Assembly: GCA_009886115.1 (NCBI GenBank)
Contig: VFJJ01000018.1
Coordinates: 1 to 64,000, forward strand
Origin: Actinomycetota bacterium
GTDB taxonomy: Bacteria > Actinomycetota > Acidimicrobiia > IMCC26256 > VFJJ01
Direction of reading: 5' to 3'
DNA: 64,000 nt
Shown: positions 27,069 to 36,827 of the stretch, piece after piece
Layout of the letters: the number at the start of each line of letters is the position of its first letter
How positions within the stretch are numbered: the stretch's first letter is position 1
Program-made: the position numbers and the translations under genes
Notes under the pieces: model-generated
Seen by the model: the letters and a program-made list of their open reading frames with translations, nothing else
Told to the model about the DNA's origin: nothing
Databases searched by the model: none

Positions 27069-28259
27069 ATGGCCGCCACCAGTGACGACGTCGCAACGCC
27101 GGGGGCGGCCGAGTTCCGCGATCGGGTGAGGGTCTGGGTCGCGGCCGAGGCCGAGCGGTTCCGCCCGCCGGGCGTCGAGGACGAGGCCGCGGTCGTGGCC
27201 CGCCAGCGTGCCCGGCAACGGTCGCTGTACGAGCATCGGCTGGCCGGCATCACCGTGCCCGTCGAGCTTGGCGGCCTGGGCCTGAGCGTCATCGAGCAGA
27301 TCGCGTTCAACGACGAGGTGCCCGCGCACGTGCTTGACGCCGGTCATCTCATGATCGGGCTCGGGATGGTCGTCCCGACGCTCGTCGCTCACGGCACGCC
27401 CGAGCAACAGGCACACGTCCCCCGGCTGCTGAGCGCTGAGCAGAAGTGGTGCCAGCTCTTCTCTGAGCCCGGGGCCGGTTCCGATCTTGCAGCCCTGGCG
27501 ACCCGGGCCGTGGCCGACGGTGACGAGTGGGTGGTCGACGGCCAGAAGGTGTGGACATCGGGCGCCCGCTACGCCGAGCACGGCATCCTCCTGGCCCGCA
27601 CCGACGCATCGGTGCCCAAGCACCGGGGCCTCACGATGTTCGCCCTCGACATGACCACGCCCGGCATCACGATCAGGCCGCTGCGCCAGATGACGGGCCG
27701 CTCGGGGTTCAACGAGGTCTTCCTCGACGGGGTGCGCGTCCCCGACCGCTGCCGGATCGGCGGCGCCGGTCAGGGCTGGACGGTCGCGATCACGACGCTG
27801 ATGAACGAACGGGTGACGATCGGCTCGCGAGGCTCCAACCTGGCCGATGCGTTGATCGCCACGGCCCGGGGCGCCGGGCTGGCGGGCGATCCGGTGGTTC
27901 GCGACGCGCTGGCCGAGGTGTGGATCCGCGAGACGATCCTGGGCTATCTGGGCCAGCGCATCCGGGCCGCGGTGCTCGCCGGCCGCCAACCCGGCCCGGA
28001 AGGCTCGATCGCCAAGCTGGGCAACGGGGCGCTGGCGTGGCAGGCGGGGTCTCTGGGCGTGCGCCTGGCCGGGATGGGCGCCCTGGCCCGCCGCTCCGAC
28101 GACGACGACGCCCGGTCGCCCGGTGAGCCCGCCGCCGGTTGGGCCGACGTGCTCTGCGGTGCGCCCGGGCTGACGATCGCCGGCGGCACCACCGAGGTGC
28201 AGAAGAACATCATCGGCGAGCGAGTGCTCGGCCTGCCACGCGAGCCGAAAACCGGCTGA
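27069..28259 (+). CDS. Acyl-CoA dehydrogenase (FadE family)
   Basis: WCQLFSEPGAGSDLA, GQKVWTS, FNEVFLD, IAGGTTEVQKNIIGERVLGLP. Confidence 0.93.
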   Translation: MAATSDDVATPGAAEFRDRVRVWVAAEAERFRPPGVEDEAAVVARQRARQRSLYEHRLAGITVPVELGGLGLSVIEQIAFNDEVPAHVLDAGHLMIGLGMVVPTLVAHGTPEQQAHVPRLLSAEQKWCQLFSEPGAGSDLAALATRAVADGDEWVVDGQKVWTSGARYAEHGILLARTDASVPKHRGLTMFALDMTTPGITIRPLRQMTGRSGFNEVFLDGVRVPDRCRIGGAGQGWTVAITTLMNERVTIGSRGSNLADALIATARGAGLAGDPVVRDALAEVWIRETILGYLGQRIRAAVLAGRQPGPEGSIAKLGNGALAWQAGSLGVRLAGMGALARRSDDDDARSPGEPAAGWADVLCGAPGLTIAGGTTEVQKNIIGERVLGLPREPKTG

Positions 28260-28299
28260 CCGCAGACGGTTGGTCGCGGATTCCCGCTCGACACAACCG

Positions 28300-28346
28300 T
28301 TCTTTGTGTCCCAGGTCAGCGCTGGCGCGGTTCTGGCCACAAAGAA
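28300..28346. repeat. Long imperfect palindrome between convergent genes (REP-like or bidirectional terminator)
   Basis: TTCTTTGTG...CCAG...GCGC-TG-GCGC...CTGG...CACAAAGAA. Confidence 0.6.
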
Positions 28347-28394
28347 GCGGGGAAGTCGGGGGCGAGCTGGCGGAGCTCCATGGGGACCACGACG

Positions 28395-30011
28395 TCACGA
28401 CCTTTCGTCGACGAGGCGGCTCCGGTTGATCTTGCCGGCGTCGCTGCGGGGCAGCCGGTCGACGATCTCGAACGACTTGGGGCGCTTGTACGCCGTGAGG
28501 CGGGCACGGCAGTGGGCGTCGAGCTCTTCGACGGTCACGGCGCCACCGGTGCCATCGGTGCCATCGGTGCCGGTGGCGCTCGGGGCCAGCTGCACGATGG
28601 CGTGGACCCGTCGGCCCCATTCGGGGTCGGGGAGGCCGACCACGACGACGTCGGCCACGCCGGGGTGCTCGGTGAGCGCCTCCTCCACCTCGGCCGGGTA
28701 CACGTTGGCGCCGCCGGTGATGATGAGGTCGACGCGCCGGTCGGCGATGTAGAGGAAGTCCTCGTCGTCGAGCCAGCCCAGGTCGCCGATGCTCGTGTAG
28801 CCGTCGTCGGTGGTGGGCGGAGCCGAGGCTCCGATGTACTCGAACGACGGGCCCTGGGCATCGGGCTGGCGCATGAAGATCTCGCCGATCGTGCCCGGGG
28901 CGACGGGCTGGCCGTCGGGGTCGAGGATCTTGATCTCGGTGCCGTTGTGGCCCTGACCGACCGTCCCCGGATGATCGAGCCAGGCGTCGCCCCGCACGAT
29001 CGCCAGGCCGACGCGCTCGGTGGAGCCGTAGCTCATGAAGAACCGCTCCGGGCCCACGAGGTCGAGCCAGAACCGGGTGAGCCATTCCGGCATGGGCGCG
29101 CCGCCCTGCTGGACGGCCATCACGCTCGAGAAGTCGCGCTCGGTGACGCCGTCGAGCCGGGCGATGCGCAAGAGCATGGTGGGCACGGCGATGAAGGTGC
29201 CCACCCGGTAACGCTCGATGAGCTCGACGGCCCGGGCCGCCTCGAAGCGCTCCATGAGCACGAGCGGCTCGTCGAGCAGCAGGAAGCGGTACGCGGTGAA
29301 GCCGTTGGTGTGATACAGCGGCGCCGGGATGAGCTGGCACGCTGTCGTGACGCCGGTCATCCGCACCTCGGTCGCCGGGTCGATCTCGCCGGGGAGGGGC
29401 GCCACGATGATCTTGGGGCGGCCCGTGGAGCCGCTCGACGCGATGGCCGACTGGCGGGGTGGGGTGATGTCGGGGAGCGGGTCGGTGGGCCGGTCGGTCG
29501 TCGTGCGGATCTCGTCGAGGGTGACGATCGCCTGGTCGGTGTCGGTCCATTCGGCGATCACCAGGCGGGGTGCGGCCACCTCGAGGAGGCGTTCGCGCTC
29601 CCAGGCGGGGAGGTCGTGGCGCAGGGGGAGCACGCAGGCGCCGAGCTTCCAGAGCCCGAACGTGGCGAAGAAGTGCTCGGTCGAGTTCTTCAGGCCGACC
29701 ACGACGAGATCGTCGTAGCCGACCCCGCGCTCGGCGAGCAGCCGGGCGACCTGGTTGGAGCGGGCCTCGAGGGCGGTCCAGCTCACCTCGACGTCGGGGC
29801 CGTCGACCGGCGCGAACACGAACGCCCGGGCGCCGCCGTGGATCTCGGCGAGGTCGCGCAACCGGCGCCCGTACGAGACGGGATGCGATTCGACGATGGG
29901 GGCGTCGGTCCCTGCGTCGGTCCCTGCGGCGGTCCCTGCGGCGGTCCCTGCGGCTCGGGAGGCGTCGTCGGCCGGGACGGGGCCGGCGTCCGTGGCGTTG
30001 TCGGTGCTCAT
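28395..30011 (-). CDS. AMP-dependent acyl-CoA ligase (bile acid/steroid-CoA ligase-like)
   Basis: SSGSTGRPK, YGSTE, GDLGWLD, DRRVDLIITGGANVYPAEVE. Confidence 0.9.
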   Translation of the reverse strand: MSTDNATDAGPVPADDASRAAGTAAGTAAGTDAGTDAPIVESHPVSYGRRLRDLAEIHGGARAFVFAPVDGPDVEVSWTALEARSNQVARLLAERGVGYDDLVVVGLKNSTEHFFATFGLWKLGACVLPLRHDLPAWERERLLEVAAPRLVIAEWTDTDQAIVTLDEIRTTTDRPTDPLPDITPPRQSAIASSGSTGRPKIIVAPLPGEIDPATEVRMTGVTTACQLIPAPLYHTNGFTAYRFLLLDEPLVLMERFEAARAVELIERYRVGTFIAVPTMLLRIARLDGVTERDFSSVMAVQQGGAPMPEWLTRFWLDLVGPERFFMSYGSTERVGLAIVRGDAWLDHPGTVGQGHNGTEIKILDPDGQPVAPGTIGEIFMRQPDAQGPSFEYIGASAPPTTDDGYTSIGDLGWLDDEDFLYIADRRVDLIITGGANVYPAEVEEALTEHPGVADVVVVGLPDPEWGRRVHAIVQLAPSATGTDGTDGTGGAVTVEELDAHCRARLTAYKRPKSFEIVDRLPRSDAGKINRSRLVDERS

Positions 30012-30202
30012 GGGCTCGAACGTAGCTGCGACCGGGGGGTCTGCGCTCGTGGGCCGTCCCTGCACGACCTGGTCGGAAGGCCGGCGCAACTGCTCGCGGC
30101 CACGACGGTGGCGCTTCGTTGCGCTGTCGTTGCGCTGTCGTTGCGCGCCCCTCGTACAACGGGCGCTGGCGGACCCGCCGTCATCGACCTCCAGGAGCCA
30201 GC

Positions 30203-30580
30203 ATGCGCCTCCAACTCGTCCGATCGACCATCGTCCGTGTGCTGCTCGCACTCGGGCTGTTCGCCGTGACCGTCGTCGCCGATGTCTCCGGCGTCTACTA
30301 GTTCGTCCTCGACGTCGTGAGAGGCCGGTCGGTCTCACCCCACGACACCTCGGGCACGGTGCCGGTGGTGACCCCGAACCCGGTCGTGCGGGGCGCTGCT
30401 GTGAGCGTCGCGGCCAACGCTGCCGGTGCGCTCTCGGGGCTGGCCACCAGCGGCTGCGGGACGGTCGCCAGCAGTACCGTCGGCACCCGGAGCGTGACCT
30501 GCACCGGCAGCGACAACGCCGGCAACACGGCGACCGTCACGGCGAACTACCAGGTGCAGTGGGCCTGGCGCGGGTTCGTC
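30203..30580 (+). pseudogene. Remnant of a secreted Ig-like/PxKF-type protein
   Basis: AGGAG RBS and signal-like MRLQLVRSTIVRVLLALGLFAV, in-frame TAG at 30299-30301. The same frame resumes with PNPVVRG...SGC...VTCTGSDNAGNTATVTANYQVQWAWRGF. Confidence 0.55.
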
Positions 30581-30754
30581 GGCGTCAGGGCGGTGCCGGC
30601 CGGACCCCGCGCTTGTGCGACGACACCATCGGATGGGCGGCCGGTCCCCGCCGGTGCTCGGGCGGGGTGGCTGGGTGAAGGCGGGTTCGCTACGGTCCGG
30701 CTGAGACGCCCGTCGGAGCGCGACACTCATCGGCCACCGACACCCGTCAGACCC

Positions 30755-30803
30755 GAGTTGCCGTCCGCCTGAGTTGCCCATCCGCCTGAGTTGCCCATCC
30801 GTC
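30755..30803. repeat. ~17-bp tandem repeat, about 3 copies
   Basis: GAGTTGCCGTCCGCCT GAGTTGCCCATCCGCCT GAGTTGCCCATCCGTC. Confidence 0.85.
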
Positions 30804-30820
30804 GAGGAGATCACGAGACC

Positions 30821-31717
30821 ATGGCCAGCACCGAGTTCCACGCCCTGCAGGAGAAGATGGCCGCGGCGCCCAAGCCCGAGCCGCCGGCGAACCTCCAGGC
30901 GCTGCGCGACCGCATCGAGGCGATGATGGACGGCCTGCCCACCGCCGAGGGCGTGACCGTGTCGCCCGTCGACATGGACGGTGTTCCCGGCCTCATGCTC
31001 GTGCCCGAGGGCGGCGCCGACGCGCCGGTGCTCCTCTACTTCCACGGCGGCGGCTTCCGGCTGGCCTCGGCTCGGGCCTACCGGCCCTACGGCTCGCAGT
31101 TGGCCCGGGCGTGTGAGGCCCGGGTGCTGCTCGTCGATTACCGGCTCGCTCCCGAGAACCGATTCCCGGCCGCCGTCGACGACGCCGTGACGGCGTACCG
31201 GTGGCTCCGGGCCCAGGGCCAGCCCGCGGAGCGCATCGTGATCGGCGGCGACTCGGCGGGAGGCGGCATCACCGCCGCGGCCCTGGTCGCGCTGCGCGAC
31301 GCCGGTGACGCACTTCCCGCAGGTGGCGTGTGCATCTCACCCTGGGTCGATCTCACGAACTCGAACGAGTCGTTCACGACCCGCGTCGACGCCGACAAGC
31401 TGTTCAGTCCCACCCAGGCCGCCGAGGCCGCTGCCCTGTACCTGGGCGACGGCGATCCCAAGCAGCCCTTGGCATCCCCGGTCTTCGCCGACCTGTCGGG
31501 CCTGCCGCCGCTGCTCGTCCACGTCGGCGACGCCGAGGTGCTCCTCGACGACTCGGCCGCGCTCGCGGCGAAGGCCCGGGCCGCGGGTGTCGAGGTGACC
31601 CACCGGGTGTACCCGGAGATGCCGCACGTCTGGCATCTCTCGTACCCGGCGTTCCCGGAGGCCGTGGAAGCCGTCGACGAGATCGCCGCCTTCGTACGCC
31701 GGGTCACAGGCGCCTGA
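30821..31717 (+). CDS. Alpha/beta hydrolase, HSL-family esterase
   Basis: YFHGGGF, DYRLAPE, GDSAGG, EVLLDD, PHVW. Confidence 0.92.
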   Translation: MASTEFHALQEKMAAAPKPEPPANLQALRDRIEAMMDGLPTAEGVTVSPVDMDGVPGLMLVPEGGADAPVLLYFHGGGFRLASARAYRPYGSQLARACEARVLLVDYRLAPENRFPAAVDDAVTAYRWLRAQGQPAERIVIGGDSAGGGITAAALVALRDAGDALPAGGVCISPWVDLTNSNESFTTRVDADKLFSPTQAAEAAALYLGDGDPKQPLASPVFADLSGLPPLLVHVGDAEVLLDDSAALAAKARAAGVEVTHRVYPEMPHVWHLSYPAFPEAVEAVDEIAAFVRRVTGA

Positions 31718-31763
31718 GGGCGGCGGCCGTATCGGAGCGACGTGGGGGAGGGCTCCCCGCACG

Positions 31764-31810
31764 GTTTCTTCGCGATTTCGCGCACCCCCGGTGAAAGATC
31801 GCGAAGAAAC
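31764..31810. repeat. Palindrome with perfect 13-bp arms upstream of the ade gene
   Basis: GTTTCTTCGCGAT ... CACC-CCC-GGTG ... ATCGCGAAGAAAC. Confidence 0.7.
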
Positions 31811-31833
31811 ACCGAAGGTTCTAGCCTCGTGCC

Positions 31834-33600
31834 ATGACCGAGCACATCGACCGGGCAACGCGGGGTCGGGCCGTGCGCGCTGCGCTGGGCCAGGAACCCT
31901 TCGATCTGATGCTGAGCGGCGGGACGGTCGTCGATGTCGGCGTCGGCGAGATGCGCTCGGCCGACGTGGGGATCGTCGGCCCGCTGATCGCCAGCGTCCA
32001 CGAAACCGGTTCCCGCACCGACAGCCGAAGCGTCTTCGACTGTCGTGGACGGTGGATCGCGCCGGGGTTCATCGACCTGCACGTGCACTTCGAGAGCTCG
32101 ATGCTCACCCCGCGGGCCTACGCGGAGGCCGTCGTCCCGCGCGGCACGACCACGGTCTTCGCCGACCCGCACGAGCTGGCGAACGTCGCCGGCGTGGCCG
32201 GGGTGCGGTACGCCGTCGACGCCAGCCGAGATCTGCCCGTCCGCTTCGTGATCCAGGCTCCGTCGTGTGTTCCGCCGCTGCCCGGGCTGGAGCTGTCGGG
32301 TTCCGACCTGTTCGCCGCCGAGATCGACGAGATGCTCTCGTGGCCCGAGGTCGGCGGCCTGGCCGAGGTCATGGACATGGGCGGCGTCCTCACCAGGGAC
32401 CTGAGGATGGTCGAGATCGTCGAGGCCGGCCACCGCAGCGGCAAGCTCGTGAGCGGCCATGCGGCCGGGCTCACCGGCCCGGCGTTGCAGGCCTACCTGG
32501 CGGCGGGGATCCTGTCCGATCACGAGGTGTTCGCCCACGTCGACGCCATGGAGAAGCTGCGCAACGGGATGACCGTCGAGCTGCGGGGGGCGTTCGACTT
32601 CGTGCTCCCGTCGCTTGTGGCCGAGATCGCCGCGCTTGCCGAGTTCCCGACGCACCTGGTGGCCGCGACCGACGATCTCTTCGCGCTCACCCTGCTCGAA
32701 CACGGTGGCATCGACGACCTGCTGCGCCGACTGGTCAGCCACGGGATGCCTCCCGTGCGAGCGTTGCGGATCGCCACCTACAACGGTGCGTACCGGCTGC
32801 AGCGCCCCGATCTCGGTCTCGTCGCCCCCGGACGCCGCGCCGACATCGTGGTGTTGTCGTCGCTCGACGACGTCGCGGTCGACGACGTGTTCTTCTCGGG
32901 CGCCCTCGTCGCCAGCCATGGCCGACTCGTGGTCGACCTGCCCGACCCTCCCGCCACTCCGCTGGCCGATTCGGTGAAGCTCTCGGCCATGGTGCCCGAC
33001 GACTTCGTGATGCGCCTCGACGTGCCCGACGGCCGTCACCGGGTTCGGGTCGTCGACGGCGTGGTGCTCACCGCGTGGGGGGAGGCCGAGGTCGAGGTGC
33101 GCAACGGTCGGGTCGAGCCGCCGGCCGGCCACCTCGTGCAGGTCGTCGTTCACCGCCACGGCCGGGTCGCGCCCACACCGGTCGCCGGGCTGCTGCATGG
33201 CTGGGGCGACTGGACCGGCGCGGTCGCCACCACCCTCAACCACGACACCCACAACCTCGGGGTCTTCGGACGAGACCCGCACGACATGGCCGTGGCGGCC
33301 AACGCGGTGATCGCCGCGGGGGGAGGTGTCGCAGTGGCGAGTGGTGGCGTGGTGCTGGCGCTGCTCGAGCTGCCGATCGCCGGTATCCTCTCGCCCCGTT
33401 CGGCAGCGGAGGTGGCCGGTCTCCAACGCCAGGTCTCGGACGCCGCGCTCTCGATCGGCCTGCCGGTGGGGCCGCTCACCCAGCCCCTCTTCTCGGTGAT
33501 GCTGATGAGCCTGGCCTGCCTGTCGGGTCCCCACTTCACCGACGTCGGGCTCGTCGACGGCACGACCGGGACCCGGGTGCTCGATCTCGTTATCGCCTGA
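31834..33600 (+). CDS. ade: Adenine deaminase (AdeC type)
   Basis: PGFIDLHVHFESSML, DPHELANV, LAEVMD, SGHA, SDHE, ATDD, HDTHNL. TAGCCT 6 nt before the ATG. Confidence 0.9.
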   Translation: MTEHIDRATRGRAVRAALGQEPFDLMLSGGTVVDVGVGEMRSADVGIVGPLIASVHETGSRTDSRSVFDCRGRWIAPGFIDLHVHFESSMLTPRAYAEAVVPRGTTTVFADPHELANVAGVAGVRYAVDASRDLPVRFVIQAPSCVPPLPGLELSGSDLFAAEIDEMLSWPEVGGLAEVMDMGGVLTRDLRMVEIVEAGHRSGKLVSGHAAGLTGPALQAYLAAGILSDHEVFAHVDAMEKLRNGMTVELRGAFDFVLPSLVAEIAALAEFPTHLVAATDDLFALTLLEHGGIDDLLRRLVSHGMPPVRALRIATYNGAYRLQRPDLGLVAPGRRADIVVLSSLDDVAVDDVFFSGALVASHGRLVVDLPDPPATPLADSVKLSAMVPDDFVMRLDVPDGRHRVRVVDGVVLTAWGEAEVEVRNGRVEPPAGHLVQVVVHRHGRVAPTPVAGLLHGWGDWTGAVATTLNHDTHNLGVFGRDPHDMAVAANAVIAAGGGVAVASGGVVLALLELPIAGILSPRSAAEVAGLQRQVSDAALSIGLPVGPLTQPLFSVMLMSLACLSGPHFTDVGLVDGTTGTRVLDLVIA

Positions 33601-33673
33601 CGGTCGGGGTCCGCGCAGGTGCCCTGAGCCCACCGGCAGCGCCGCCGAGCCCCGAGCCGAATAGCGTGTGACG

Positions 33674-35548
33674 ATGGACGAGGCGACGACCCCGACGTTC
33701 CCGACGTTCCCCACGACCGGCAGGGCGCTGGGCGCCGATCTCGTGCCGACGCCCGAGCAGATCATGCGTCTCCAGGCCGTCGCCCGCGGTGACGAGGTGG
33801 CCGATCTGGCGATCCGCGGCGGAACGGTGATGTCGGTGCACAGTCGCGAGCTCGTCGAGCGCGACGTGCTGATCGTGGGGCCGTACATCGCGGCGGTCAC
33901 CCCTCCCGGTCGGCTCCGCGCCGTCGTCGAGATCGACGCCGCCGGGCGATTCGTCACCCCCACCTTCGTCGACACGCACCTCCACATCGAGTACACGATG
34001 CTCACGCCCGGGGAGTTGGCCCGCCTCGTCGTGCCCCGCGGAACCACCACGGTCCTGGCCGACCCCAATTGCCTCGCCAACGTCTGCGGCGCCGCGGCGA
34101 TCGATGTCATGGGCCACACGACCACCCCCATGCGGATCTTCCAGCAGATCTCCCACAAGGTCCCCCGCGTTCCGGGACGTGAGCTGGGCGGAGCGACGGT
34201 CTCCGAGCAGGAGGTCCTCGACCGGTTGGTGCTCGCCACCACCGCCACCCTGGGCGAGTCGAACCCGTTCGACCTCGACCTCTCAGCGGCCCGCAAGGCC
34301 CACGTGACGCTGGCGGCCGGACGGCGTATCACCGGGCACACCGCCCGGCTCGCCGACGAGCCGTTGTGGTCGTACCTCGCCGGCGGCGTCGGCGACGATC
34401 ACAACGCGTTCAACACCACCGAGGTGCTCGATCGACTCCGTCTCGGCGTGATGATCACGGTGATGGCCGGCTCGATGAACGACAACGTGCCCCTCGTGTT
34501 CGCCGACGTCGACGCCGTCGCGGGCGGTTTCGACCACATGACCTTCTGCGCCGACGACCGTCACGTCGAGGACCTCCACGAGCTGGGCCACATCGATCAC
34601 CACGTTCGCAGCGCCATCGCCTGCGGGGTGCCCGTCGTCGAGGCCTACCGCATGGCCACGCTCAACGCGGCCCGTCACTACCGGCTCGACCACCTCCTCG
34701 GCTCGATCACGCCCAGCCGGCTCGCCGATCTCATGGTCCTCGACGATCTTGCTGCGGTCTCGCCGTCGCTCGTCGTCGTCGGGGGTGTCGTGGTCGCCGA
34801 GGACGGGCGGGCAGCCTTCGCCAACACCGACGCGCCCCTGCCCGCGTGGACACGCGACACCATGCGCCTGCACGCGGGCATCGGTGTCGAGACCTTCAGG
34901 GTGCCGGCGACCCCCGGGCCCGACGAGGTTGCCGTCGTCCGGGCGATGGAGATGTACGACGGTTACTTCAAGCGGGCCTTCGAGGCCGAGTTGCCCGTGG
35001 TCGACGGGAACGTGATCGCCGATCCGTCGATCGACGTCGCCAAGATCGCGGTGGTAGACCGCCATCACGCGACGTCGCACCGGGCGATGGGATTCGTTCA
35101 GGGTTTCGGTCTGCGCCGGGGCGCGCTCGGCATCACCTCGAATTGCGAGAACCAGAACCTGGTGGTGGTCGGTACGAGCGACGCCGATCTGGCGCTGGCG
35201 GCCAGCGCTCTGCGGGAGCTCGGGGGCGGCTACGTCGCCGTTGCTGACGGGCGGGTCCTGGCCTCGGTGCCGTTGCCGTACGGCGGGATCATGAGCGACC
35301 AGCCCTGGGAGGTGGTGCACGAGCAGTCGGTGGCGATCAACGCTGCCGCCCGGGAGCTGGGCTGCGACATGGCCAGCCCGTTCATGATCCTGGCGTTCGT
35401 CGGCCTCGCCGGCGTTCCCGACTACGGGCTCACCGAGCTGGGGCTGATCGACACGTTCACCCAGGAGATCATCCCCGTGCTGCTGTGCTGTCGATGCCCG
35501 CTGCACGTGCACCGAGCCCGGGTCCCGCCGCAGGGGGAGCCGGGGTGA
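33674..35548 (+). CDS. Adenine deaminase paralog with altered active-site motifs
   Basis: VDTHLHIEYTML, DPNCLANV, LGESNP, TGHTA, DDHNA, CADD. TAGCGT 6 nt before ATG 33674. Confidence 0.85.
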   Translation: MDEATTPTFPTFPTTGRALGADLVPTPEQIMRLQAVARGDEVADLAIRGGTVMSVHSRELVERDVLIVGPYIAAVTPPGRLRAVVEIDAAGRFVTPTFVDTHLHIEYTMLTPGELARLVVPRGTTTVLADPNCLANVCGAAAIDVMGHTTTPMRIFQQISHKVPRVPGRELGGATVSEQEVLDRLVLATTATLGESNPFDLDLSAARKAHVTLAAGRRITGHTARLADEPLWSYLAGGVGDDHNAFNTTEVLDRLRLGVMITVMAGSMNDNVPLVFADVDAVAGGFDHMTFCADDRHVEDLHELGHIDHHVRSAIACGVPVVEAYRMATLNAARHYRLDHLLGSITPSRLADLMVLDDLAAVSPSLVVVGGVVVAEDGRAAFANTDAPLPAWTRDTMRLHAGIGVETFRVPATPGPDEVAVVRAMEMYDGYFKRAFEAELPVVDGNVIADPSIDVAKIAVVDRHHATSHRAMGFVQGFGLRRGALGITSNCENQNLVVVGTSDADLALAASALRELGGGYVAVADGRVLASVPLPYGGIMSDQPWEVVHEQSVAINAAARELGCDMASPFMILAFVGLAGVPDYGLTELGLIDTFTQEIIPVLLCCRCPLHVHRARVPPQGEPG

Positions 35549-36789
35549 CCGGCTCGCCCCGCCCGCTGCTGGGCGCGGCGTTCCCGCTCCCGCGCCTCAC
35601 CGGGACCGAGGCCCGGGCCATCGCCGAGCTCGACGATGTGATCGAGGCTGTCATCGCCCCGCTGGCCGACGAGCACGACGCCGCCGGGCGCTACCCCACC
35701 CGGGCCGTGGCCGCGCTCAAGCGCAGCGGGATCCTGAAGATCTCGGTGCCTGCGGCCTTCGGTGGCCTGGGCGCCTCCCATGCCGCCAGCCTCGAGTGCC
35801 AGGTCCGGCTGGCGGCCGCCGACAGCTCGGTCGCCCAGATCTTCAAGGTCCACGACGAGCTGGTGCGGGAGATCTTCACGTTCTGCCCCGACGAGCTGAG
35901 GCCACGTCTGGCCCGGGCCGTGCTCGACGACGACGTCATCCTCGGGCTGGCAGTGGCCGAGGCCACCAGCACCGTCGCCGAGCCGCTGCGCACGACGGCC
36001 ATCGCCCAGCCTGACGGTGGCTACGTCATCGACGGCACCAAGATCTACACGACCGGCGCGGCCGAGGCCGACCTCGTCGCCGTCTGGGCACTGAACCCGG
36101 CCGAGCTCACCCCCGAGCAACCCTGGCGGGCGTTGCAGCTCAACCTCGTCCCGGCCGGTGCCGCGGGCATGACCGTCCACCGCGACTGGGACGCGCTCGG
36201 ACAACGAGCGACCGACTCCGGGACGATCACGTTCGCCGGCGTCCGAACCGACCCTCGCTGGAAGGCCTCCGAGCCCGGCCGCGCCCCGTTGCCCCACAGC
36301 GGCGCCCGGTTCGAGGCCGGGTTCGCCGCCTGCGCCGTCGGCATCGGGATCGGCGCCCTCCGAGCCGGTGTGGCGTTCGTGAACGAGCACAGCCGGCCCT
36401 GGCCGGCAGCCGGTGTGAGCAACGCGGCCGACGACCTGCTCGTCCAGCGCAAGGCCGGCCAACTCGTCGCCGATCTCGTGGCCGCGTACGCGCTGGTCGA
36501 GCGCTGCGGCGAGCTGCTCGACGCGTTCGAACGGGGAGAGCTCGGGCGGACCGCGCTGGCCGTGCCGATCTACGCGGCCCGCTCCGCTGGCGACCGTGCC
36601 GGGTTGGCCGCGGCGGCTGATGTCATGTCGCTGTTGGGGACCCGCTCGGCGCGTAGCACCCATCGCTTCGACCGGTGGTGGCGCAACGTCCGCACCTTGT
36701 CCCTGCACGATCCGGTGGAATGGAAGCATGCCGAGATCGGGCGTCACGTGCTGACGGGCTGGGACCCTCCACCGGGCATCTACACGTGA
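35545..36789 (+). CDS. ACAD-fold flavin monooxygenase (DszC/SfnB-like)
   Basis: ADSSVAQIFKVH, GTKIYTTGA, DWDALGQRATDSG, FDRWWRNVRTLSLHDP. GTGA overlap with the ade paralog. Confidence 0.85.
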   Translation: MTGSPRPLLGAAFPLPRLTGTEARAIAELDDVIEAVIAPLADEHDAAGRYPTRAVAALKRSGILKISVPAAFGGLGASHAASLECQVRLAAADSSVAQIFKVHDELVREIFTFCPDELRPRLARAVLDDDVILGLAVAEATSTVAEPLRTTAIAQPDGGYVIDGTKIYTTGAAEADLVAVWALNPAELTPEQPWRALQLNLVPAGAAGMTVHRDWDALGQRATDSGTITFAGVRTDPRWKASEPGRAPLPHSGARFEAGFAACAVGIGIGALRAGVAFVNEHSRPWPAAGVSNAADDLLVQRKAGQLVADLVAAYALVERCGELLDAFERGELGRTALAVPIYAARSAGDRAGLAAAADVMSLLGTRSARSTHRFDRWWRNVRTLSLHDPVEWKHAEIGRHVLTGWDPPPGIYT

Positions 36790-36827
36790 GCTCCCCGGCT
36801 CTGCCATCGATCCCGAAAGGTCGGCCC

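Noticed and set aside
30299..30301. Recoded TAG (pyrrolysine or readthrough)
   Set aside because: No pyl genes, and the downstream frame is itself fragmentary; a nonsense mutation is simpler.
30755..30803. Possible CRISPR or mini-array (also 53692-53741 and 62-106)
   Set aside because: Units are 9-23 bp, essentially head-to-tail with no unique spacers, and there are no cas genes.
31138..34341. 1067-aa minus-strand ORF and other long antisense ORFs (2579-4468, 26025-28340, 28380-30269, 39632-41341)
   Set aside because: Shadow frames of well-supported genes in high-GC DNA; R/G/P-rich with no motifs.
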